A stretch of DNA of 64,000 nt from Klebsormidium nitens (GCA_000708835.1 DF237428.1:1-64000); one strand, 5' to 3'; shown: positions 1 through 14,300, numbered from the stretch's first letter. Numbers and translations: made by a program. Notes: a model not told the origin generated them from the sequence alone.

Positions 1-843
1 AACGCTGACGTGGCGCTCACGTATTCTCGAGGCTATGCAGCACCGACAATCGGTTGCCTGACATGCATTGTTCTGGCCGCGCGTAAATACAGCAAGCAGA
101 GACGTTGGTAGCTGAATCTGTAATTACGCGCCTTTGATATATGTACATAAGAATGGTGATCCGACTCGATCATAATCACATTCATGCTACTGAGAGTGCC
201 TGCACTCTAATCTACAAAACATTTTAATCGCGATTGGAATTACATTCGTACTCCGTTCGAGGCCACGACAGGCCTAGTGGACTATGGCCTATATCAAAGC
301 TTGCCTACTTAGTATTGCTGTACGTCCTCTCTTCGCATGCTCAATTGAATGTACTATAGATGTCGGAAATTTGACTGTGCGCAATCATACGCGGGTCATT
401 CAATATCAATCTAGCCCGTGCATGACATGAGTGACCATTGTAGCAAGGTCAACATTGAACTTTGAAGGGCCCACAAATGCAATGATTTTGTGGTATTCAT
501 TAAGTTCTTCGATCACAGCCATGCGGCGCCGGGCCGGGAGTGGCCTTTTGCGGCCCGCCGGGCCGCCGCGCAGAATGGCGCAATCCAACCCTCGGTAGAA
601 GGAATGTTTTACACAGGCAGCAGACCTTTGCATTGGACGTAGAACAAACGCTGTCCGCTAATCTAAAGAGTCCAGTCGGGCACTACTGTTGCCAGATCCA
701 GCGGTCCAGATTGCAAGCGGTCCAAGTTCCACGCGCTTGCAACTTAGCTTTTACATACAACCGGTAATTTGCTACCTTTTTAATGCCACAGAATAAACAT
801 GGACTAGCGACGAACCTAGCGTTCTTAAAAACAGGCCGTCACA

Positions 844-3800
844 TCAGGAAGTTTGAAACAAACTAATTATGCCTGAATCCCCTCTTGTTTCTCGATGTTT
901 CTCATAAGCGGAGGGCTGAGAGCTTGAAAAGCCGTCGAAAGTCACCTCCTTGACTGTCCCGGGCGTCATGTCTATCAGCATTCCCCAGTCGAGCTGGGGT
1001 TGTGAGCCCCACTCTATTCTCACAGATTTGAAACCTAACTGAGCGACATGCTCGGCAAATACCCCCACCGTTCGATGCGGCACTAGACCTCTATAGCCAG
1101 GCCGGTAGTCAAGCAAGCCGCCAGGGTATTGCGACCACTTTCCGATCTCAATCGAGATGTTCTCGAGCCGAAGCTGCTCAATCTCATGTCCTGCAAAGAC
1201 GAGCAAGCAATCTGCTGTTCCGTCTTCTTGTCTTCTTGTCTCGCAACAACGTGAGTGTCGAGACAGTCCCACTCTTTAGCAACATTGTTAAACAGCAGAC
1301 CGGAAAAGTCCATATTACTATTTGAAAAGTGTTTTCCAGAAAGTCGTTCTGCAAGGGGTTTGGGAAATGTCAAGGTCCGTGCCCGGGAAGTACCGACTTC
1401 CCCGGCTCAGCATCTGCGGTGCACGTCAGATCGAGGTCACGCAAAAGATGAGAGGGCGAGAAAACGAGTCTGGCTGCCCGGCTTACGAAGGCAAAATCTG
1501 CAGCTTACAATATCGAAGACTTTCAAGTTACCAGAGCGCTTTCTCAGACAAGCACGTGCCCTGCAGACCTGGACCCTTTCTCTAACTGAAGCCCCAACAA
1601 TCACAAGCCTGCGTCCTTCTTTTCCGTTCATCGCCTTTCCGGTCAGAGAACGAATCGTTCTGGGTTGAAACTGCATTTAGAAACCGGCTCTCCTGACTTA
1701 CCAGGACACCCCGCGATGACGATCCCATTCTCCGACCGCGCCGTCACGTTGGTCACCGTCACGTTGCGCAGCGCTCCCCGCACCGTCGTCTCCCGCCGCG
1801 GCACGCTCGTGATGTAAATGGGCTCCGCGCGGCCCCACCAGGAGGGGTCGTAGTAGCGCGTCGAGATGCTGACGTTGACGAAGCTGACGTCAGAGACGTT
1901 TCCTGGAATGAAGTGACAGGTAGAATCAGGGCCAAATTCAAAACATTGAGGACAATTGAGCTGCACAAGTTTTTAAGAAGCTGTGGAAGAACAAAATTGC
2001 TTCAACCGGCTATTACGGAGGCAAAGAACGTCTGTTCGAGACCTCTGGTTCGAGGTGAGGAACACGTTCTTGCAGTAAATCATATGCATGTAAGTATACT
2101 TGAGGGAGCCAGAGAAACACCACTGTCTTGCCTCTGGTCGCCGATTGTCTTGCCCAACCAACTTTTTGCGGCGACTTCCGAGCACGAACATTCACGCTAA
2201 ATCTGGCGCCAGAAGACTACGTGGTTGTACCGCCCCCTCTTAACCCCTCCAGAGCAATAAACGGATCTAGTCGCAAAGACGACACGCTCTGGAAACAAGT
2301 AGTGGTTCATGTTCAGAAGAATGAGGTTAAGCGGGACGAAGGATCAATTACCTGCGTCCCTTGCTTGGATGGCGATGCCCCGGTGCGACGCCACGATCGT
2401 CATGTTGACGAAGGACAGGTTCGCCATATCGTATCGAACTTCGCTGCCGATCTTCACTGCGCTCGACTTGCTCCGGATCCTGAGCGCACAGTGCATGTGC
2501 GTACATTTTAACTTCGGTGTGAAGCAGAGAGTAACAATTCGCATTTGACTCCCCTCGATGAAAGGTTGGATGCACCGTAGAGTGCGTTGGGGAGGATCAA
2601 CCCAAGTCAGGGGAAAACGTCGAGAAAAGTGATTGCGGCACCAACAGCTTTGAAGACAGGACTGCAATTGAGGAGAGCTGATGTTTGACGGGCTCGATTA
2701 ACAAGCAGCGCCAGCTGCGGATTGACAGTCAAACCAATCTTGCTGCTGTTTGGTTGGCACGCGCCATCTTCCAAAATCAGAAGTTTTTCCTTACACGATT
2801 GCTCGACGAACTCGCTGATCGAACGGCCCGAAACCATGTACCACACTTGATCAGCGCCTGAAAGATGAGTAGATTTCGAGCCCCTTCAAGATACAAAGCT
2901 CACCAGCAGTTCGAGGCCGATAGATTGAAGGTCGGCCCGGCTTTCGTCTTGGCACAGACGCCGTCGTCTCCCGTGCTGATGTGACACCCCTCCACGACCG
3001 TGTTGTTGCTCCCGTCGACGTCGATCGCATCGTTGTTGGGGATGTTGAAGTCGCCGTAGATGGTGACGTTGCGGACCGTCGTCGTGTCGCAGCGCACAAT
3101 ATGAAGGCTGCGATGCAAAGCTTATCTGATCTTCTTGACCCTTTCTTTCATGTGGAGGTGTTTCTTGTCGTTTCTACTTGTGGAAAGGCAACTTTGCTTG
3201 ATTGCGTTTTCTTGATCAAGATTGTCTTCAAAGCTCTTTGTCAAAATTTCCGTCAAAGAGCAATTCGTTTTTTGATTATTCTCGACTGTGAGGACAAACA
3301 AGATTACCAGCACCAGATTACGAACGGGGCCAGCTTGGTGACTGGATGTAAGATGAGTACTTGGATGCGTGAAAGTCATCAAGCCAGAAGGGCCAGGAAC
3401 GGATGTAAAAGAAGGAAGGGAATCATTGCCTTGACAAACAGACAATCCTGAAGAAAGACAATACGAAGACAGCTGACTCGATTCGCAACCAGGTACTAGG
3501 TCTTTGAGTCGACTTTTGAGAAAGGTTGGAATTCGTAGCAATTGCCAAATGCAAGAGTATCTCATAGGGGAAAAGGCGAAAGTATCTTATCAGAGAAAGG
3601 GATGAAATGGTGCAACACAAATCCTGCAGAAAACAACCGACGCATTCGACTATCTTGGAGATGCAAAACGCCCTCGCATTCCGGAGTGACTTGCGTAGAA
3701 CCGAACGGTTGTCTAAGTCTACAATTTGGCTCATATTTGAACGAATACCAGTTTAGTAGGCTCGGTCTTAGCAGACACGAAAGGTAAGCTCACCACCAGA

Positions 3801-5199
3801 AGGCAGGCTCAGTCAAATGCACGTCCTTCACCGTCACATTTGCGCAGTCAATAAAGCCAACTAGGCGTGGCCGGCACTGCTCTTGGTCTTCTTCGTTGCA
3901 GTTGTCACTCCTCCGGTTCCAGCTCAGCATTACATTCTGAGAAACAAAGAAGGGCGATCGATTGAGCCATGGGGTTTCTTGAAAGATCTTAGCAGAACGA
4001 TGACTTGTTTTGGACTCTAGATTTGTAAGCTGATGAAGGCTGATGATTCCTTGTTGCGTTCCTCACCGTCAAATGATATGCTCAACGCTTGATTGATGAC
4101 GCCAGACCCAACGAGTCTCATTCTCCCAAAGTACCTTCTTGCTATCATTGTTTACCCTCACCTTCTCTTCCCTGTACTCCAGGACAAAGCTGTGCGCCTG
4201 GCCGTTGATCTCCCCAGGCCCCGTTATGGACACGTTGCTTGCATTCCTGGCGGCAATCACGTACCACAGCTCTCGCTCAGAGGGGTGGTAGTCCTCGCGC
4301 TGCGTGCCCCCCACTATGACAGCCTCCTCCTGCAGACATCAATAGTATCTTTTTAGCATGTTGAGACTTTCGTCAGTTTCCTGCAGTTGTTCGAAACGAT
4401 TGCCCCTCTTTTGTGATTTTGGACATTTTTGGATTTGAGTTTGAAACTTCAAAATTTCTGCACTTCAAAACAGTAATAGGGGCTGTGGCCTTACAGGAAA
4501 GTCCTCGTCCACATGTGCAATAAGTTAAGTTGTTTCATCGAATGGAAGACCGTTCACTAAACATGAGGCAGATTGAGAGACAGATGAAGTCTTGATGGCA
4601 CATAGACACACTTTCATTGCTTGCAGACTGCAATCTGGGGGGGTAATATGAGGAAGCTCCTGCTATACCACCAGACTCCAATCAATGAAGCATCTATGAG
4701 GTCTATATCCACATCGGTTGTAACGCCAGCCTTCAGAGAAGTAGAACGTTGTTAGCTTGAAGGCGCTGGTTCGTTCGCTACCATCCAACGTGTCGCTGGC
4801 TGGTATTCCGTCCATTACAACAGCTTCCAGCTGTAAGCATTAGAAATCGAGCACACAATTCTCGCTCAAGGTACATCAGGGTGCCTCCGCCACACGCACC
4901 TCAAGATGCAGCTCGATGTTGGACTTCAGCCACAGAGTGCCAGTCAAAATCTTCATTCCAGAGGGAATGACCAGCCGCCCCCCTCCGCTCTCGAAGCACG
5001 CATCGATTGCTGCTTGCATCGGTAGCGTATCGTAAGACTTCCCATTGCCAACCACCCCAAAATCTTCCACCGAGCAATCGGCACCACTCTTGAGCTGCTG
5101 AAAAGACTGACCAGAAAAGTGAGAAGCGGTGCAGACGATTTGAGCTGAGCTTAGCAATGCAAGAAGTGCTAAGACGACAGCCTGACTTGTGAACTGCAT
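844..5199 (-). CDS. Secreted glycoside hydrolase family 28 / pectin-lyase-like protein, 7 exons
   Basis: Exons 5199-4900, 4329-4162, 3936-3794, 3107-2904, 2479-2352, 1902-1702 and 1190-844 join in frame with GT-AG ends. N-terminal signal peptide; GH28-type motifs DFGVVGNGKSYDT, IPNNDAIDVDG, TGDDGVCAK, SSAVKIGSE and STRYYDPSWWGRAEPIYIT. Confidence 0.9.
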
Positions 5200-6760
5200 G
5201 GTTGTTGAAAGGAAGTTTGTGGAGGAGCAATGGGACTATTACAGGAGAATTGAGAGGAAAACTTAGAAAATGTCAACCTCTACTCTGATGACAATGTGCT
5301 CCCCCCACAACTTCCCCATGCAATTGGTCCTCCTGCATGCTGACATCTGCTTGATCTGCTCTTCTTGCATACTTAAATGCGTATTTTGTGTTGGTATATT
5401 CTGGGCCGGTGTTGAGGCCTTAATGAAAATGCATGGGGCTGACGTCGACTTTTTCGAAACACACCCAGAGGATAAGTTCCCAGCCAAAGTTCGATCAGCT
5501 GAGGGAATAAAATCGGCGATTATTTTGACCACGTATAACCTGGCATGTTGAAAGAAGCGAACGCACTGCAACCAAGGTGACCACAATTCAGGATTGTATT
5601 ATTTGTGCAGCTGGGTTTTGTGAAAGCTGGGTTTGGGAGAAAGGTCGCTCGGCAAGGCCGCCTGTCCCAGGCCCTGTGTGTTTTCTTCTCGTAGAGCTTG
5701 CACTATAGCTGACGGTCGCACCTCTTGTAGACCTTGCGAACGTGTCGGCGAACACGTTGAACCAGTGCGCAGGAGAGTTTGGCTGGTGGCAGCTTGTACC
5801 ACCACATCTACATACTTTTTGTGAGGGCAGAAGGTGAGTTCGCATTCTTTGGCCCTCATTCTGGTCCAGCCACTCTTCCAACTTTTCATAATGTCACGAA
5901 AGTTTTTGCAAGCGGATGGAGTCTTCTTCTGATTGATAAACTGATGTAGGCGCGGTGCAACATAAACATCCTCTCTGAGTCGCTCTCTTCCACGCCAGGT
6001 TGAAAGAGGAAGCAGTGCTCGGGCATCTGGCACTTGGAAAGAATCTCCAAATAATCATGATTGCATGTCAATCTCCAGCATAATCACAGCCACGTGACAG
6101 GCGCTTCTAGAAGTTTATGAGGAGGATCCAAAGATGGTGGTGCTTTTGCATTCTCTTATGCTTAGTCATGTGAGGCCACAATTCGTTCATCAGTGTGCCC
6201 TCCATATGGCAAGTGATGGACGGGGGCTAGAGGGTCTGACGCTCACATATGGTGGATCTGAACCACTGCAGCCAAACGAGGCAGTAAAATTATTAAAAAG
6301 TTGCTGAATGCAGGCTGCACGGGTTTGTAAACCACCACTCTTTGTCATCGTCAATGCCCTTCTCGAATTAGTAAGGACGCTTTGGCTGACATGCTGAAGG
6401 GAATGTTAATCTGGTGCAAAACTTGTTTCTGAACACCGATATAACATAGTCTCTGCTTCCTGAGGTCTATCAGATCACATGACTCTGATTGTGAGATCTG
6501 TATGGATCGTCGATGCCTCAAAACTTTGGGCGTTCCTTGTGGATCCATGATCAACTACTTCAATCTCAAGCGGGCTTGTCAGGAGGAAACTGTGCCTCTC
6601 ATTCTAATTGCTTGACAAGTTGGACTGTTCAAGAGACAGCCCTGGTTCTTTAAGGAGCCCCTCCTTTTAACTGACATCCCGCTCTCGGACTTTTCTTGGC
6701 AGGTAATCCAAACAACAGTGTAGAACCCACACTCAATAGCTCCATCATTCAGTACGCTCC

Positions 6761-7517
6761 ATGGCGGCAAGGGCCGCCTACCGGCACATCCTCCGCACAG
6801 TTGATTCTCACATCACAAGTGTGAATAACAACCAGCAATGGAAGGACCACATACGCACACTATTCCGCGCGGGCGCCTCTGAGCCCAACGCCACGGAGGC
6901 AGCCAAGAAGATCGAACTGGCAGAGGACTATGCGTTTCTGGTGGAGAGTGTGCGACTCCAGAAGGTGAGTGGGCTTTAGCCTACTGCACCGGTGGCAAGA
7001 CGAGAAATGAAACATTCTTTCTTGATCTGGATGGCAAGGAGCAAGGTTCTTGTCAGGATTTGGAAATCCTGCCACACTTTGTCCCCTTTGAGCATGTTAG
7101 CGGACACGCGGGTGGATCTGGTCGCTTGCCGCCTAAACAAAAGATGCCCTCCTGACCGAAATCGGCTTCTGAAACGGTTCTCTGTGTCCTCCGTGGACTG
7201 GCTTCCTCTGGGCGTCTCACCGTTTCTATACGTACACATGACGTTCTTCAAGGAAATCCAGCTTCTCTCGTCCAGGTTCCTTTGTTGTGACGGCACGATC
7301 TGCGAGGTGTGGTTGTGCACTGTGGAAATGTTTTTTTGCGAAGTTTAAAATGCATCATCGCTCACATCCGTGTGAAAAATGTTCCTTCAATCTGCAGGAT
7401 CTGCTGATGTCTTACAACATCAGCACCGCAAGGGACGACAAAAATCGGTTAGCTCAATCCGCAGCTAGGGTCGGGCTTCAGTTGCCAGACTTGACTCCCA
7501 GGCACACACCAGGTTGA
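6761..7517 (+). CDS. Small mitochondrial LYR-motif (Complex1_LYR / FMC1-like) protein, 2 exons
   Basis: Exons 6761-6964 and 7398-7517, phase-0 GT-AG intron. MAARAAYRHILRTVD...HIRTLFR...LAEDYAFLVESV...DLLMSYNI...SAARVGLQLP resembles a conserved plant LYR-like family (from recall). Confidence 0.75.
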
Positions 7518-8368
7518 GAAGCTTTTGCTAGAAGCTTATAGATTTCTTATTTGCTATGAAGCGAGATTAATTCACTACTTGCACGCTGGACCACATGGTA
7601 GGTCCTTAACCGACGGGTCTAACTTAGTCCAATCAGCAGAGGTCCGAATGTTTGTTGCTGACTCACACGCGCGCATGTGATGTAAGTGGGAGTTGGAACG
7701 TCGCATTTGTCGAATGCAAGGTCACTACTCTAGGAAAGGCAGCCTTCGCTCTGAAGAGTCAGCAATTCAATGCTTCAGGGCACCTATAATCGGCAGGCCG
7801 CATATAGGAACGCGGAGACAAACGACGGTGTCATATGGGGCCGCCAAATGAATTATTAGACGCTTCCGTCGAATCAGGCTATGCACGTATTACCTGTACG
7901 TGGCACTGACACTGACATACCGCCCATTGAAATTGCTTTCAGCGAAAATCGATCATCGAGATCAGAGACCACGTTCATTCAATCTAGCCGCCGCGCCGGT
8001 AGCTAACCTAGGCAGCACATGAGATCTCGGGCTTCATGCCTTAGCTAGGCGCGTTTGCGCGCAAGACCACATCACTCAACTGCTCGGTACACATGCCCTA
8101 GATCTGGCGGCCGACCAATGATCGCCAACATATACCTTTTTTCAAAGAGGGCTGAACTTATTGCACGAGCCTTCTGGCCCGATCCATACATGCAAGGATC
8201 AGACCAATTCCTGACGAGATTTTGCGACGGTCGCATCAAGCCTGCATCGACAGAAGCCTCCTCGCATCTGAGACCGTCACACGGTTGGCAGTGCTGTGTA
8301 GGAAGCGCGAGCTTCGGTCGGCTTATGATCTCTGCCTCCACCACTTCCTCAGCCGCTCTGCAACTTTC

Positions 8369-11300
8369 TCATAGATCGTTGTAGTAGTACTGTGGAGGTC
8401 GTCGACGCTTTGCGGGCGGTGTCGTCTTCATGTATTGGTCCATTCGAGCCAGTAGCTTGACACAGACGTACACAACAATGATGGCTATCAAAAGATAGAG
8501 CGCCCACAACGATGCGCGTACCAGCAGCTTCGCGTTGTCCTCCGAAAAGAGATTCTGCAACTAGGTGAGAAACATTACGGTCAGTACAGCGCGGTAAGGA
8601 ACACTGCTTCAATACACTCTGGGAATTGAAATAGCCCAGAAGGTTCAGGCTTCCAGGGGGTCATCAGGTTTCCAAAGCAAGCAACGACTCCGAACTTCGA
8701 CATAGACGATGCACAACGAGAAATTCAAAAGGTTTCTACGCTTTTGCTTGCTCCAGGCCCGTAGTATACACATCAGCTTTCTACCGCCCAACTCGATCTA
8801 CTGTCGCAGAGCAGCCTTCCTGAGGTCAAAGCTTAAATCTAGCCAACGATATTGAACCGGTCACTCACCCGCTGTTCCTGCGCTTCATCCCGCCTCCGCC
8901 CCCTTTTCCGACCTCGCGGGCGCTCCTCTACCGCATTTCTCGGGGACTGCTCCTCTCGAGGCTCGTCGTTCACTTTCTTAGCCGCCGCTGCGTCCGCCGC
9001 TTTCTTCTGCTCCGCAAGTTTTCTGCATTCTTTGTCGCACGAGAGGAGCTCGAGCGTCTGGTTTCCGGACTTTGCCTGGGCTGCTCGGACGTCCGTACAG
9101 GGCCAATCCTTCTTTTGCCGGCGGCAAGGACACCGAACGTTTGTCTGCAATTGGAAAAGAGTGACCTTTTCTTCGGCGCGAATGTTTCTTTGGTGGATTC
9201 TGAAAGATTTGCACTCTCAAATCCACCTCTCCTCAAGCGCAGTCATTCATGAAGGCGGTCAATAGGGTTTTGAGAAAGTAGGGGGCTTTGATTGCAACGT
9301 TGTCCGGCAGATCCTAGGGAGAGTTTGTAGGGGTAGCGACCAGGAATACGACCTTTCGAAATCAACAAGAAACTTAAGAAGCGACACTACTAATGTTCGA
9401 CCGAGACCCCCTGAACCAACCGGTTCCAACACCCCCGTAAGCTCGTAACAAATCTGAAAAACCTCCCGAAAACCCCAGATCCGAGTTTAACCGATTCTTA
9501 CCTTCTTGCGGCACTGCTCCGGGTGTGGACACGCCCCCGCGTGACACACCTCCTGACACGTGTGCGCGCACAGCGGCAGCTTGCGGTCGCACTTGTTCCC
9601 GCACGAGAGCAGCTTCTCCCACTCCCCGGTTCCCCCCCTTTCCGCAGCCGCCAACTCTCGACACTCAATGGCTAAAGCAACCCCCGCCTCGCAATGACAT
9701 TTTCGACGGATGAGTTTCGTACAGGGGGGGCAGGGGCCCGGGTGGCATCCCCGGGGGCAGGCGTGAATGCAGGGGGGGGTGGGCGGCTTGGAACATTTGC
9801 GCGCGCACTGCTCGCAAGGTTCCGGGGGGGGCATGTCGAGGGTATTCGCAGCAGCGGCCAGCCCCCCGTTTGGAGTGGTCGCGTCCTCTTCCGTTTCGTG
9901 GGGCAAAGCGCCATTGCCTTTGCCCCCCGGCCGCGAATCAAGGGAGTGCTCCTGCGAAGCCGACTCAGCACCGCCCGCATCAGCGACGTCACCTCCGCCG
10001 TTCTGAACGGACGCTGACGTCATCACAACGTGGCACACCTTCTCGCACGTGTGGTTCCCGCACGCGAGCGCAGTCCCGCAGGGTTCGCCGCAAGAGAACG
10101 GCGCCGCGGCGCTGCAGGCGACCAGCTTGTGTGAATGCGCCCCGAGGCAGGGGATGGACACCGGCTCCTGGCAAGGTGGGCAGGGGGATCCCTCCGGGGA
10201 CTTCTCTTGCTCGAGGACTTTCTTTTGCTTCTTGGTGTGGCGGAGGGCGTAGACTGGGCCAGGCGGAGGGTGCGGCCCGTGGCACCTGCAAAACGTGACG
10301 GGTATGTGCTCTGTAAACTTATGTTCACCAGAGAGCGCTTCCAAAAAGAAGATCCAAAAGCTCTCAACAGAGAAGGGGTTGAAGAAATGGTTTGTCTTTA
10401 CGGTAGCAAGACGTGATGCAAAGAGCGGTCCGTCCAAACCCTCTCCGCACGCGTCCCTTGCGGCCATATTATGGAACGTCAAAATAAAGCTTTGAAGACC
10501 AAATGATCGTCTCTGCAAAGAAATGAAGTAATGCTTCAATCCAAGGGATTGATTGGGCGATAAGTATCAACCATATTCACTTCACAATCGGACGCTTCAA
10601 ACCACCCGGTCTGACGATACCACCGCTTGGAGCTACCTAGTCTACGGAAACGGACGCCGTAATCCGATCGCGGAAAGTGATTGAACACCTCGGGTTTGAG
10701 TTCTAAACGTTATCATTTGGGTTGCAAAAGCGCCGTCCAGCTATCCCGTCGCTTACCTCTTTGGGCACGCGTGTCCGCAGCCCAGGTCTTCCTGGCAGAC
10801 CATGTTGCACGGCGGACAATTGCCGTAGTGGCACCGGTGAAGCGGCACTTCGGCGGAGTGACGGCAGCGGCGGGGAATGGGGCACGGTTTGCTGCACCGG
10901 GGGGGCTTCACTTGGCTCTCCGTTCCGCAGGGGACCTAGGGACAACAGACCGGGGTTTGAGGCGGGGCGGGCCTTCAACACCGAAAGTTGAGCAGACAGG
11001 AGCAGAGAAGTGAGTTTGTAAGATTGCATGACATTGAACTGACAGAAAGCAAGTTGGGAAAAAGCGAGGCGACGGAAGCGACGATAAGGCCACCGTTTGC
11101 CTCACTTGGCCCTCCGTTCCGCAGGGGACCATGGACAACAGACGGGAGGTTAGGTGGAGCGGGGTTTCAACTACACTCAACACAAACCAGGTCGGAAAAT
11201 AGTGACGAAGCGACGAGGCAAGAACGAAGCAACGATGCGGCGCGCTTTCACGTACCGGGAAGGCTATACCTTTGCCTCGATTCTGCACCGCAACTAGAAA

Positions 11301-14300
11301 TCCTAGCCCCGGGTTGGACTAGAAGAACCAGCTATAAGGATACCCAAAGACGGGCAGCGGCGCAATCCGGGTCTGATGAGCAGAAGGACGGTATTGCGAG
11401 AAAATGCGGGGAAGGACAAACGGAAGTATGGGACGGTGATAAGGACAGACGGAAGGCCTCGGCAGCTCAAGAGTATGTTTGCAGCTGTGAAGCCACCCGA
11501 CCAAGGTGCCATACACCGAGAACTCGCTGAGTTGAAAAAATTGACCACCAATGGCTAGAAATGCAAAGTGAAAGGCATTAGAAGTTTTTGGACGAATTGG
11601 AAAGTTGAGCGACTTGAGCGAGTTGCAGAGCCTTCCCTTTATTTTCAGACACGGCGCATTTTGGTGTATATTTTTCAAATCGTTCTGACTTACGCCGTAT
11701 TTTAACACTTTATGGCTTTGAAGGGCGTCCATTTAGAAAAGACTTACATTACATCTTTTTGAAGCACTCACCGTGATCGTAGTCTCCCCACACGATACGC
11801 CATTCGCACGGTGACCGGGCACGGCGCGCAAGACCCCTCATGGCACGGCGCGGGGCACTTGTGGTTACCGCACCGCAGGCAGCTCAATCCAGCCTCTACG
11901 GTTTCATGATTCCAGGGTTACTTTCAGGACAAGAACGAAAGAAGTGGACTTTCAACCCGAAGTTCTCACCGTGATTGTTGTTCCCCCGCATGCGCACGCA
12001 ATCGGCACGGTCACCGGGCATGGCGCGCACGGTCCCTCGTGGCACGGTGCGGGGCACTTGTGGTTGCCACACCGCAGGCGGCGGCCGCACGCCTCGGGGC
12101 AGGGCGGGCAGTCCCCGTCGCAACAGCGCCGCTTGCAGGCATGACGCCCGCATGCCCGCTGACGTTGACACCGGCGCTCGCACTGGAGCTCTTGGAAGCA
12201 GGGTACCTTGAGCAAGGAGGAAAAGGAAGACCTTCTGATGTATGACCTCAATGGTGTAAACCTAAAGGAAAGTAGCGGCATTCGCAATCTGCTGCTTGAC
12301 TAAACAAATGAGAGTCTGCTCGAGAATCCACGAAGTTCAGGATCTCGTCCTTGTCCATGCCGGCGAGAAACTGCTTCCTAGCAGATGCAAAACGGTCATG
12401 GGGTTTGGGGCCTGCTGCAATCAAGGCAAAACTCTGAACGTCCCAAATCTGGAGGAGTTCTGCGCACCTGTTTCCGGAGGCTGCCGCAGCGGCAGGCCTT
12501 GTCGGTCATGACGCGGCACGTCTCGACACAAGGGCCCACGTGGCAGCGCTCAGGGCACGCGTGGCGGCCGCATGCGAGGAGCTTCTCACACGTGGCACCG
12601 CACGTGGGAGTCGGGACGTCGCACGGGAGCTCTCCTAGCTCAGTCTTGCCGCACGGGCATACGCGCACGCCTGGCAAAGAAATAACAATAGGTTTCAGAT
12701 TTAAGTCTTGAACTTGGGGCCCTATGGAAAGTTCTTGGCGCTGAAATTTTAAGAACTGGAAGGGTGGGGTAGAAGAGGTTGAGGAACGCAGGTTGCATGG
12801 CCGTAACGCTGAAGGCGACTAAAGAACGACGTCCTAGGATACTCACGCTGAAGCAGAAGTTACCCGCGATGATCTGGCTCCCAAGATCGATTTAGGGCGA
12901 GACGTGTTGCTGTCTCGGTCGGAGACAGCAACACGAAGCGCAACCCTCGGTTGCGCTTGATCAAGTAACCGAAGGACTGGCTCACTCCAGGGCGAAGGAC
13001 TAGATTGAGACTACGGCAGAGTTTCATTCGACAAAGGTTGAACGATGAATTAGAAGCAGAACTGATTCTGCGGGCAATCCCCGCAGTGTCCCATGACAGA
13101 AACGTTCCCGTTCGCCGTTCTTTCATTCATAAAGTACACAGCTAAAGATTCAGCAGAAGACGTGACGCGTCCACAACCAATATACTTGGGCAAAAGAGCA
13201 ACCGAAACTCCATATAACCAATTTACTTGGGCAAAAGAGCAACCGAAACTCCATACCTGAAAGTGGACAGTCTCCGCACTTCCCGCCATGGCAGAGCCGC
13301 TCGCAGGCGTGCCTCCCACACGCAAGCCGCCGACCACACTTCTTCCCGCAGGAGAAGTCGCGCTGCGCGCAGGTCCGTGTTTCTGCCGCTTTTCTGCAGC
13401 GGCACGGAAAGACGCCGGCCTCCGGGCACGGGGGACATTCACCCGGGTGGCAGGGCTGGGGAACATCGGAGGTGTGAATTAGCAAGGTCTGGCACGGGTG
13501 GGTTGCAGGGGGGATGATTATCTTCGAGGATCCTGCTGAAATTCAAACCCCATTGATTATTTCAACCGGGTGCGCAAACCATCAAAGGGCGTCGGACTTT
13601 CCCCCATCATAAAAGATGCGGAGTCGTCGAATCTTCCAACGGGACAGTTCTGGCCTCCACGAGGACCAAAGGTTCCGAAAACAAACGTTGTCTCAGAAGC
13701 GGACCAAGCAGATCCACCTGATTTCGTAGAGTTCCCACGCCCTTCGCATTCTTACTCTCCTCTTCTCAATTGGAAAGGAGTCCCTTACAAAATCAGGCGG
13801 CCTTCCCAAATCCCAAACAGGAATATCTGAACCTCTCCTCATTAACCATCTTTGATCCTCAAGTCCTCCCCAAGAGCTCAAGCCCGCAACCTTTATGCAC
13901 ATCCTCTATCAACTATCAAGCCTAAAAACCCTTGCCGACTTTGAAAGCCCCCAAAAGCCCCTAGAATGCCGATGCCCGCACCTGCTTGCACGAGTGCTTC
14001 CCACACGCCAGCTTTCGCCCGCACATCCCTCCGCACGCCCACTCCTGCCGGCCGCACCGCCGCACGTCCTCTCCCGCCCCGCAGAAACAGCGAGCCGTCA
14101 CTAGTTGCGGGCACGGGGGGCAGGGGCCGGGATGGCAGAGCAAACGGCACGTGTGACCGCAATCTGACTCCAGGGGCCGACCGCAGGTTTCACCGCATGT
14201 GTGCGGGGGAAGCCACGGGTTGAAGGAGGGGTTGTGTTCCTTGCCGCAGAAGCAGCGGTATGCGGAGGGGATGTGAGAGGAGGGGTAGTCGTGACGGCAC

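Noticed and set aside
406-633. ORF with GC-rich hairpin at ~525-570
   Set aside because: Short, no recognisable motif, and only an imperfect GC-rich stem.
8055-8384. ORFs 8072-8344 (-) and 8055-8384 (+)
   Set aside because: They lie in the probable NFXL 3' UTR, have no recognisable motif and no splice link to neighbouring genes.
8369-8560. Stand-alone small membrane protein
   Set aside because: It splices in frame (acceptor at 8555) as the last, TM-encoding exon of NFXL.
9374-13517. Many overlapping ORFs on both strands across NFXL
   Set aside because: They are alternate-frame and antisense shadows of GC-rich Cys-repeat exons.
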